From positions 1-27,536 of the forward strand of contig MCFH01000140.1 of NCBI GenBank assembly GCA_002104945.1: a DNA stretch of 27,536 nucleotides, written 5' to 3'. The notes under the pieces are model-generated. The model was not told the DNA's origin, did not search any database, and saw only the letters and a program-made list of their open reading frames with translations. Below are positions 1-12,103 of this stretch, in pieces. The translations under genes and the position numbers were made by a program. Position 1 is the stretch's first letter. Each line of letters opens with the position of its first letter. The DNA is from Piromyces finnis finn. Lineage: Eukaryota; Fungi; Neocallimastigomycota.

Positions 1-63
1 ATTATTATTATTATTATTATATATTATTATTATTATTATATTATTATTATTATTATTATTATT
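1..63 (-). repeat. Partial AAT run at window start
   Basis: (ATT)n with three 1-nt deletions, followed by gttgatagg as in the other inverted copy. Confidence 0.95.
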
Positions 64-640
64 GTTGATAGGACTGTTGGAATATCCACTTCTTGCTTTC
101 AATAGGCAAGTAGAAACCCAAAAAAAATTTGAGTACTCATAATATAATTTAATAAAATCTTTAGTTTCAATAAATTTATTATCATCATAATATTACGCTT
201 TGATTGAATTTCCTTTGAGATCTTTCCAATAAAAGTTTTTAACTGATTTAGCATCTCCATGCTTCTTTAATTTTTTATCAAGAGTCCTACATAATTCCAT
301 GTATACCATGTATATTTTCTAAATTTAGGAATGTAATTGACAAGGTATAAATAATACATTTTGAGTTTTTCTACTTGTTAAAACATCTAATCTGAGCTAA
401 TGCGCATTTTGCTAACAATGAATGAATATTCATATCTTCTGAAATAGAGTATATATATAAAACAATACAGCTTTATGAACACCGGCTATAATTAGGAGAA
501 TAGAGGAAAGCCGACTTGACTTCATTATTACTAATATCTTAGCTGGTGTCTCATTCATCAAACATAAGGGTAATGGCAAAATTATTACTTTAATAAAATA
601 AAATTATTACTTTGATAAAACAAAAAAAAAATTAAAAGTA

Positions 641-712
641 AGGGGCGTTCCGGATTTGAACCGAAGACCTATTGATCTGCAGTCAATTGCTCTACCGCTG
701 AGCTAACACCCC
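641..712 (-). tRNA. trnC-GCA: tRNA-Cys(GCA)
   Basis: Exact reverse complement of 2099-2170. Confidence 0.97.
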
Positions 713-777
713 ACTTTTGTTATTTTGTCACAATAACATATATAAAAATTTAAAAAATTTGGACACATGGAAAAAAT

Positions 778-2033
778 TGTCACGAATACTAGTGAAATTA
801 CAATTTCAAGATCACTTGGAATTGTGAAATCACTTATGAAAATTCAAAATCAACAAATATTTTATTTTCAAATAAATTATAAAATTTTATTAAGAAATAT
901 TTAAAAATTTAGAAAAGGTTAAAATATGACCTTAACCCTTAATAATTTTTATAATAAATAACTTTAACCCTTATCGTTAAAATGGAATAAGAAAAAACAC
1001 GCGTATCTCCTCAACGAATGACGATTTTTGAATAATAATATTTTGGTTATAATTAAGTTCGTTAGAAAGCCACGCTCGAGACAAACAACATATCTTAAAA
1101 TCAGGTCAATATCTCTGCTGGTTCACGAGATATTTCAATTTAAAGATATTTTGTTAGTAATGATTAATTGTTTATTCAGAGAATGATCACCCCTGATGTA
1201 TTGACATAAATCATTCACCCAAAAGGATATAAATTATTGTTTTAATTAAATTAAAATTATTTTCCGGAATTAATTAACTTTATTTTATAATAATTATTTC
1301 AATAACATAACTTATAATCTTTGAATTAAAAGATATAATTATTAAATTATATGCAATGAATATATATAATTAAGAATAATTAATTATAATTATTAAAATA
1401 ACTATTGTTTATATATTTATAATATTAATTATTTCTAATTATAATATAATTCATTGCATATAATTTTAATAATTATAATCTTTTAATTCAAAGATTATAA
1501 GTTATGTTATTGAAATAATTATTATAAAATAAAGTTAATTAATTCCGGAAAATAATTTTAATTTAATTAAAACAATAATTTATATCCTTTTGGGTGAATG
1601 ATTTATGTCAATACATCAGGGGTGATCATTCTCTGAATAAACAATTAATCATTACTAACAAAATATCTTTAAATTGAAATATCTCGTGAACCAGCAGAGA
1701 TATTGACCTGATTTTAAGATATGTTGTTTGTCTCGAGCGTGGCTTTCTAACGAACTTAATTATAACCAAAATATTATTATTCAAAAATCGTCATTCGTTG
1801 AGGAGATACGCGTGTTTTTCTTATTCCATTTTAACGATAAGGGTTAAAGTTATTTATTATAAAAATTATTAAGGGTTAAGGTCATATTTTAACCTTTTCT
1901 AAATTTTTAAATATTTCTTAATAAAATTTTATAATTTATTTGAAAATAAAATATTTGTTGATTTTGAATTTTCATAAGTGATTTCACAATTCCAAGTGAT
2001 CTTGAAATTGTAATTTCACTAGTATTCGTGACA
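778..2033. mobile_element. Two partial element B copies back-to-back across junction 1 (778-1384 minus, 1387-2033 plus)
   Basis: Carry B-specific variants (aacttaattataaccaaaa, acaattccaag); outer ends TGTCACG at 778 and CGTGACA at 2033. Confidence 0.8.
1375..1395. other. Fold-back junction 1 (minus to plus) inside element B
   Basis: Reverse arm ends ...taagaataattaat and forward arm starts taattattaaaataactattg. Arms are offset by ~45 nt, deletions cluster next to the turn, and there is no adapter sequence. Confidence 0.9.
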
Positions 2034-2098
2034 ATTTTTTCCATGTGTCCAAATTTTTTAAATTTTTATATATGTTATTGTGACAAAATAACAAAAGT

Positions 2099-2170
2099 GG
2101 GGTGTTAGCTCAGCGGTAGAGCAATTGACTGCAGATCAATAGGTCTTCGGTTCAAATCCGGAACGCCCCT
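2099..2170 (+). tRNA. trnC-GCA: tRNA-Cys(GCA), intronless, eukaryotic nuclear type
   Basis: Folds as acceptor GGGGTGT/ACGCCCC, D stem GCTC/GAGC, anticodon stem ATTGA/TCAAT with loop CTGCAGA, T arm TTCGG-TTCAAAT-CCGGA; U73 discriminator (Cys identity element); no encoded CCA; followed by T-tracts. Confidence 0.98.
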
Positions 2171-2173
2171 TAC

Positions 2174-2189
2174 TTTTAATTTTTTTTTT
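2174..2189 (+). terminator. RNA polymerase III terminator of tRNA-Cys (present after every copy)
   Basis: TTTT 3 nt after the tRNA, then T10; oligo-dT is the established Pol III termination signal. Confidence 0.8.
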
Positions 2190-2252
2190 GTTTTATCAAA
2201 GTAATAATTTTATTTTATTAAAGTAATAATTTTGCCATTACCCTTATGTTTG

Positions 2253-3299
<1,047 letters not shown>

Positions 3300-3479
3300 C
3301 AAAAATTTGATTTTTGACTCGGTATCCCATTGAAAGTCGAATACAATTACTATACTTTAGTATAATAGTGGCTTTCTTACTTTAATTAAAATTACTAGAA
3401 TATATTATACCCAATTTTTATTCAAGTAATAAATGATTATATTAAAAAAATCAATTACTAGATAACAAGAAAATAAAAG

Positions 3480-4950
3480 GTTACATATATTTTTAATTGA
3501 TACATTAACCGATATATTTTTGAATAATAGAATATTTTATTAAATAGTATGTTCTGGAATATCCTCAATAATATGTTCTTCTAAATTACTTACTTCTTCT
3601 GGCTTTTCGGATAAGAAGGTATGAATTAAATAATTATAATTATATGATAATTATTTTTATTGAATATAACTTTCTTAGAAATTTTGGGACGTTTAAGTTT
3701 AAATTTACGGGATTGACCATTTTTCTTCTATTTTTGTACTAAACTATATAAAATATTTAATAATTATTTTATAATAAAATTTTGTAAAAGTTTTACTAAA
3801 CTTATAATTTAATATTAAAATATTAAATTAATAAAAGATTAAAGATAACTAGGTTAGAAAAAAAATGTTTTATTAAAATAATCTTAATTGCTTTATAAAT
3901 GAATAATTAAGTTATGTATTATGGTTAAAATAATTTCTTTTATTTTATTTAAATAATATATATAATAATAAGATTATTTAATAATAATACTTATTAAGTA
4001 TTAATAAGATAATAATCTTTACAAAGATTTAATTTCATAAAATTATTCTAAACTATTTATACTAATTGTAATTTTACATTTAATAATAAAATAACTTTTT
4101 AATACATGATTATATTCATAATATTTTTATAATACTAAAACTAAACTTAAGACTTATTACTAATTATTAAAAATAACTATTGTTTATATATTTATAATAT
4201 TAATTATTTCTTAATTATAATATAATTCATTGCATATAATTTTAATAATTATAATCTTTTAATTCAAAGATTATAAGTTATGTTATTGAAATAATTATTA
4301 TAAAATAAAGTTAATTAATTCCGGAAAATAATTTTAATTTAATTAAAACAATAATTTATATCCTTTTGGGTGAATGATTTATGTCAATACATCAGGGGTG
4401 ATCATTCTCTGAATAAACAATTAATCATTACTAACAAAATATCTTTAAATTGAAATATCTCGTGAACCAGCAGAGATATTGACCTGATTTTAAGATATGT
4501 TGTTTATCTCGAGCGTGACTTTCTAACGAACCCACAATCTCCCAACCATTATTCAAAAATCGCTATTCGTTAAGGAGATACGCGTGTTTTTTCCTTATTT
4601 AATTTTGACGATAAGGGTTAAAGTTATTTATTATAAATTTTATTAAGGGTTAAGGTCATATCTTAACCTTTTCTAAATTTTTTAAATATTTCTTAATATA
4701 ATTTTATAATTTATTTGAAAATAAAATATTATTGATTTTGAAATTTTATAAGTAATTTCACAATTTCAAGTGATCTTGAAATTGTAGATTTCACTAGTAT
4801 TCGTGACAAATTTTCTACTAATATCAAATTTATAATATATTTATAATTATTATTTATCAGGGTTGATGCGTTGACCGATATATTTGTGAATAATATAATG
4901 TTTTTAATAAATAATAAATTCTATATTATTATGATGAAACAATAAATTTA
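3480..4950 (-). CDS. Gln-rich repeat-containing frame interrupted by element A (TAA/TAG=Gln); both ends approximate
   Basis: With A and one TSD removed: NIILFTNISVNASTLINNNYKYIINLILVE^NFIIKQLLNNFIQFSTKIEEKWSIPQIQTQTSQNFQESYIQQKQLSYNYNYLIHTFLSEKPEEVSNLEEHIIEDIPEHTIQQNILLFKNISVNVS, with no TGA. The two NI(I/L)LF(T/K)NISVN(A/V)S repeats are 336 nt apart in the second unit (in frame), and 3 of their 6 differences are synonymous. Confidence 0.62.
3783..4808. mobile_element. Element A: ~1.03-kb solo-LTR-like insertion with 5-bp TSD
   Basis: Ends TGTAAAAG...TTCGTGACA (TGT...ACA, no long TIR). AATTT on both sides (3778-3782, 4809-4813). Flanks joined match an uninterrupted paralogue at 5989-6102 (opposite strand). 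No coding capacity recognised. Confidence 0.82.
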
Positions 4951-5982
4951 AAATAAAATAAAAATATGTTTTATAATTAACAAATAAATCACTCAAAACT
5001 CGAAAATAAACTCTTATTATGTTTTAAATTAAATCTTTATTATATTCTATTTCTATAATTTATTTATTATCTGTTTATTGTCTTTTTTATTCTCTATTTA
5101 TTGTCCCCCTTTTTATAAAGAAGAATTTTATCTTCCTTTTATACATTTTCATTTATTACATGTATTATTATTTTTAACTATTAAATATTATTATTACTAT
5201 TGCTATTATTTATTAAAATTAAAAGAATAAATTAAAATTATGTCTTAGTATTATAAAATATTATAGAATATTACTTATTTGATTTTCTTATTACTTCAAA
5301 ATGTTTAAATTTAGAAAAATTATTATAAATTATCATTGACTATCATTAAATGTATAATACCTTGAATAAAATAATTAAAATTTAAAATTAAAATAATATT
5401 AAAATAAAATTAAAATAAAATTAAAATAAAAATTTAACAAAATTAAAATATTAAAAGTATCAATTATTATAAACACTCATTTTATACAGAAACATAAAAG
5501 AGTTCTGTATTTTATCTTTGGAATTGTTATTATTGTTCTATTTCCAGGTTTTAAGTTTGTCATTTTAGTAATAATTACTCAATTAGTTATTTTTTAATTT
5601 ATAAGTTTAAGAGTATTTCTAAAGAACACTTGGATAAACACTAGAATTAATAATTTGATGTATATCATTTTATTTTTAGTTTATTTATTCATTTTTATTT
5701 ATTTATTATTATTTTATTATTTTAGTACATTATTGGATTAAGTCGTTTTATTTTATTTAATAATTTATTTTATTTAATAATTTATTTTATTATTATCACT
5801 ATTAGGTCGTTTTTACTCAGAATTTATTATATAATAAAGATAATATTATTTATTTAAAGAAAGGGTTATATTTTCATAAAATTATTATTCATTCATTTTT
5901 AAGGATTATTATTGTTTATTTTTATTATAAGTTACTATGGGTTAAGTCGTGTTTATTCAGCTAGTTTATATCATGTTTTTAT

Positions 5983-6561
5983 ATGAGTAGCGTATCAAGG
6001 TTGATAAATAATAATTATAAATATATTATACATTTGATATTAGTAGAATATTTTATTATAAAATAATTATTAAATAATTTTATATAGTTTAGTACAAAAA
6101 TATAATTTACATAAAATCAAATATTTTATAAATTTATATATTATAAAAATCATTTTTAATATAAAGAATAATAATAATTTTTAGTAGAAAATGAGAAGAC
6201 TTAGATTATTAATAATAAGTTAAATTTTAATAATAGTTAATATAATTAATTAGTGAATACATAATAATATTTAAAAGACAAAAATAAGTTTTTATATAAT
6301 AAAAATTATTGTTAAAAAGAGCGTAAGAACAATAAATAAAAGAAAATATAAAAACGAAATTAAACTTGTCTAATTTGTAATTATTGTGTTAATAATAAAT
6401 AATATTTTATAGAATAAATCTGGTGTTATTATTCTATATAAATATTATTAAAATAATAAAACTATTAAAACTATAAAATAACTTAAAATAAATTAATAAA
6501 ACTAGTAGATATTGTTAAAGCTCGTACAATAGCTGTCGAGATAAAACAATATAAGATAACA
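5983..6561 (+). CDS. Paralogous Gln/Asn/Lys-rich frame (TAA/TAG=Gln), cut off by element B
   Basis: TGA-free for 193 codons: MSSVSRLINNNYKYIIHLILVEYFIIKQLLNNFIQFSTKIQ...QTCLICNYCVNNKQYFIEQIWCYY...KLIKLVDIVKARTIAVEIKQYKIT, then B. The N-terminal block matches the A-interrupted frame in the same register, and the last 20 codons show clear G-first bias. Other copies start at 11542, 13624(-), 19166(-), 23403. Confidence 0.5.
5989..6102 (-). repeat. Empty-site paralogue of the element A insertion locus
   Basis: Reverse complement reads tatttttgtac...ataataa-AATAT-tctactaatatcaaatgtataat...ttatcaa, matching 3729-3782 joined to 4814-4860 with a single target copy (6048-6052). Confidence 0.9.
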
Positions 6562-7592
6562 TGTAAAAGTTTTACTAAACTTATAATTTAATATTAAAAT
6601 ATCAAATTAAATAAAAGGTTAAAAGATAACTAGGTTAGAAAAAAAATGTTTTATTAAAATAATCTTAATTGATTTATAAATGAATAATTATATTATGTAT
6701 TATAGTTAAAATAATTCCTTTTTATTTTATTTAAAGAATATATATAATAATAAGATTATTTAATAGTAATACTTATTAAGTATTAATAAGATAATAATCT
6801 TTACAAAGATTTAATTCATAAAACTATTCTAAACTATTTATACTATTTGTAATTTTACATTTAATACTAAAATAACTTTTTAGTACATGATTATATTCAT
6901 AATATATTTTATAATACTAAAACTAAACTTAAGACTTATTACTAATTATTAAAAATAACTATTGTTTATATATTTATAATATTAATTATTTCTTAATTAT
7001 AATATAATTCATTGCATATAATTTTAATAATTATAATCTTTTAATTCAAAGATTATAAGTTATGTTATTGAAATAATTATTATAAAATAAAGTTAATTAA
7101 TTCCGGAAAATAATTTTAATTTAATTAAAACAATAATTTATATCCTTTTGGGTGAATGATTTATGTCAATACATCAGGGGTGATCATTCTCTGAATAAAC
7201 AATTAATCATTACTAACAAAATATCTTTAAATTGAAATATCTCGTGAACCAGCAGAGATATTGACCTGATTTTAAGATATGTTGTTTGTCTCGAGCGTGG
7301 CTTTCTAACGAACTTAATTATAACCAAAATATTATTATTCAAAAATCGTCATTCGTTGAGGAGATACGCGTGTTTTTTCTTATTCCATTTTAACGATAAG
7401 GGTTAAAGTTATTTATTATAAAAATTATTAAGGGTTAAGGTCATATTTTAACCTTTTCTAAATTTTTAAATATTTCTTAATAAAATTTTATAATTTATTT
7501 GAAAATAAAATATTTGTTGATTTTGAATTTTCATAAGTGATTTCACAATTCCAAGTGATCTTGAAATTGTAATTTCACTAGTATTCGTGACA
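6562..7592. mobile_element. Element B: diverged second copy of the same ~1.03-kb element, no matching TSD
   Basis: Homology to A starts and stops at the same TGT/ACA ends. It has an identical ~400-bp core and substitutions/indels in both outer parts. Flanks TAACA and ATTTT differ. Confidence 0.78.
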
Positions 7593-7657
7593 ATTTTTTC
7601 CATGTGTCCAAATTTTTTAAATTTTTATATATGTTATTGTGACAAAATAACAAAAGT

Positions 7658-7729
7658 GGGGTGTTAGCTCAGCGGTAGAGCAATTGACTGCAGATCAATA
7701 GGTCTTCGGTTCAAATCCGGAACGCCCCT
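7658..7729 (+). tRNA. trnC-GCA: tRNA-Cys(GCA)
   Basis: Identical to 2099-2170. Confidence 0.97.
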
Positions 7730-7811
7730 TACTTTTAATTTTTTTTTTGTTTTATCAAAGTAATAATTTTATTTTATTAAAGTAATAATTTTGCCATTAC
7801 CCTTATGTTTG

Positions 7812-8861
<1,050 letters not shown>

Positions 8862-9345
8862 CAAAAATTTGATTTTTGACTCGGTATCCCATTGAAAGTC
8901 GAATACAATTACTATACTTTAGTATAATAGTGGCTTTCTTACTTTAATTAAAATTACTAGAATATATTATACCCAATTTTTATTCAAGTAATAAATGATT
9001 ATATTAAAAAAATCAATTACTAGATAACAAGAAAATAAAAGGTTACATATATTTTTAATTGATACATTAACCGATATATTTTTGAATAATAGAATATTTT
9101 ATTAAATAGTATGTTCTGGAATATCCTCAATAATATGTTCTTCTAAATTACTTACTTCTTCTGGCTTTTCGGATAAGAAGGTATGAATTAAATAATTATA
9201 ATTATATGATAATTATTTTTATTGAATATAACTTTCTTAGAAATTTTGGGACGTTTAAGTTTAAATTTACGGGATTGACCATTTTTCTTCTATTTTTGTA
9301 CTAAACTATATAAAATTATTTAATAATTATTTTATAATAAAATTT

Positions 9346-10370
9346 TGTAAAAGTTTTACTAAACTTATAATTTAATATTAAAATATTAAATTAAATAAAA
9401 GATTAAAGATAACTAGGTTAGAAAAAAAATGTTTTATTAAAATAATCTTAATTGCTTTATAAATGAATAATTAAGTTATGTATTATGGTTAAAATAATTT
9501 CTTTTATTTATTTAAATAATATATATAATAATAAGATTATTTAATAATAATACTTATTAAGTATTAATAAGATAATAATCTTTACAAAGATTTAATTTCA
9601 TAAAATTATTCTAAACTATTTATACTAATTGTAATTTTACATTTAATAATAAAATAACTTTTTAATACATGATTATATTCATAATATATTTTATAATACT
9701 AAAACTAAACTTAAGACTTATTACTAATTATTAAAATAACTATTGTTTATATATTTATAATATTAATTATTTCTTAATTATAATATAATTCATTGCATAT
9801 AATTTTAATAATTATAATCTTTTAATTCAAAGATTATAAGTTATGTTATTGAAATAATTATTATAAAATAAAGTTAATTAATTCCGGAAAATAATTTTAA
9901 TTTAATTAAAACAATAATTTATATCCTTTTGGGTGAATGATTTATGTCAATACATCAGGGGTGATCATTCTCTGAATAAACAATTAATCATTACTAACAA
10001 AATATCTTTAAATTGAAATATCTCGTGAACCAGCAGAGATATTGACCTGATTTTAAGATATGTTGTTTATCTCGAGCGTGACTTTCTAACGAACCCACAA
10101 TCTCCCAACCATTATTCAAAAATCGCTATTCGTTAAGGAGATACGCGTGTTTTTCCTTATTTAATTTTGACGATAAGGGTTAAAGTTATTTATTATAAAT
10201 TTTATTAAGGGTTAAGGTCATATCTTAACCTTTTCTAAATTTTTTAAATATTTCTTAATATAATTTTATAATTTATTTGAAAATAAAATATTATTGATTT
10301 TGAAATTTTATAAGTAATTTCACAATTTCAAGTGATCTTGAAATTGTAGATTTCACTAGTATTCGTGACA
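9346..10370. mobile_element. Element A copy
   Basis: Same ends, TSD AATTT and A-specific variants as 3783-4808. Confidence 0.82.
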
Positions 10371-12103
10371 AATTTTCTACTAATATCAAATTTATAATAT
10401 ATTTATAATTATTATTTATCAGGGTTGATGCGTTGACCGATATATTTGTGAATAATATAATGTTTTTAATAAATAATAAATTCTATATTATTATGATGAA
10501 ACAATAAATTTAAAATAAAATAAAAATATGTTTTATAATTAACAAATAAATCACTCAAAACTCGAAAATAAACTCTTATTATGTTTAAATTAAATCTTTA
10601 TTATATTCTATTTCTATAATTTATTTATTATCTGTTTATTGTCTTTTTTATTCTCTATTTATTGTCCCCCTTTTTATAAAGAAGAATTTTATCTTCCTTT
10701 TATACATTTTCATTTATTACATGTATTATTATTTTTAACTATTAAATATTATTATTACTATTGCTATTATTTATTAAAATTAAAAGAATAAATTAAAATT
10801 ATGTCTTAGTATTATAAAATATTATAGAATATTACTTATTTGATTTTCTTATTACTTCAAAATGTTTAAATTTAGAAAATTATTATAAATTATCATTGAC
10901 TATCATTAAATGTATAATACCTTGAATAAAATAATTAAAATTTAAAATTAAAATAATATTAAATAAAATTAAAATAAAATTAAAATAAAAATTTAACAAA
11001 ATTAAAATATTAAAAGTATCAATTATTATAAACACTCATTTTATACAGAAACATAAAAGAGTTCTGTATTTTATCTTTGGAATTGTTATTATTGTTCTAT
11101 TTCCAGGTTTTAAGTTTGTCATTTAGTAATAATTACTCAATTAGTTATTTTTTTAATTTATAAGTTTAAGAGTATTTCTAAAGAACACTTGGATAAACAC
11201 TAGAATTAATAATTTGATGTATATCATTTTATTTTTAGTTTATTTATTCATTTTTATTTATTTATTATTATTTTATTATTTTAGTACATTATTGGATTAA
11301 GTCGTTTTATTTTATTTAATAATTTATTTTATTTAATAATTTATTTTATTATTATCACTATTAGGTCGTTTTTACTCAGAATTTATTATATAATAAAGAT
11401 AATATTATTTATTTAAAGAAAGGGTTATATTTTCATAAAATTATTATTCATTCATTTTTAAGGATTATTATTGTTTATTTTTATTATAAGTTACTATGGG
11501 TTAAGTCGTGTTTATTCAGCTAGTTTATATCATGTTTTTATATGAGTAGCGTATCAAGGTTGATAAATAATAATTATAATTATTATACATTTGATATTAG
11601 TAGAATATTTTATTATAAAATAATTATTAAATAATTTTATATAGTTTAGTACAAAAATATAATTTACATAAAATCAAATATTTATAAATTTATATATTAT
11701 AAAAATCATTTTTAATATAAAGAATAATAATTTTTTTAGTAGAAAATGAGAAGACTTAGATTATTAATATAAGTTAAATTTTAATAATAGTTATATAATA
11801 ATTAGTGAATACATAATAATATTTAAAAGACAAAAATAAGTTTTTATATAATAAAAAATTATTGTTAAAAAGAGCGTAAGAAAATAAAAAAAAAAATATA
11901 AAAACGAAATTAAACTGTCTAATTTGTAATTATTGTTAATAATAAATAATTTTTATAGAATAAATCTGGTGTTATTATCTATATAAATATATTAAAATAA
12001 TAAAACTATTAAACTATAAAATAACTTAAAATAAATTAATAAAACTAGTAGATATGTTAAAGCTCGTACAATAGCTGTCGAGATAAAACAATATAAGATA
12101 ACA

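Larger units (their letters stand above)
1..1384 (-). repeat. Inverted partial copy of the unit (mirror of ~1430-2810)
   Basis: Reverse complement of the AAT run, gene, tRNA and part of element B; tRNA at 641-712 mirrors 2099-2170. Confidence 0.97.

Noticed and set aside
2099-2170. Suppressor tRNA explaining stop read-through
   Set aside because: All five copies have the ordinary GCA anticodon and Cys identity elements.
3640-3727. Stop-poor basic peptide KKNGQSRKFKLKRPKISKK on the minus strand
   Set aside because: It is out of register with the downstream acidic segment; the Gln-reading frame spans both without a shift.
4530-4660. Telomeric repeats or Tetrahymena Cbs (CCCAACC, TAAGGGTTAA x2)
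   Set aside because: No tandem telomere array, and no match to the AAACCAACC core of Cbs.
5385-5432. Short (ATTAAAATAAA)3 tandem
   Set aside because: Ordinary low-complexity slippage in extremely AT-rich DNA.
3783-7592. A-spacer-B as one full-length LTR retrotransposon
   Set aside because: There is no PBS (no TGG next to either end), no clear PPT and no gag/pol. A has its own 5-bp TSD and an empty-site paralogue, and the 4-bp ATTT outer match is expected by chance in this composition.
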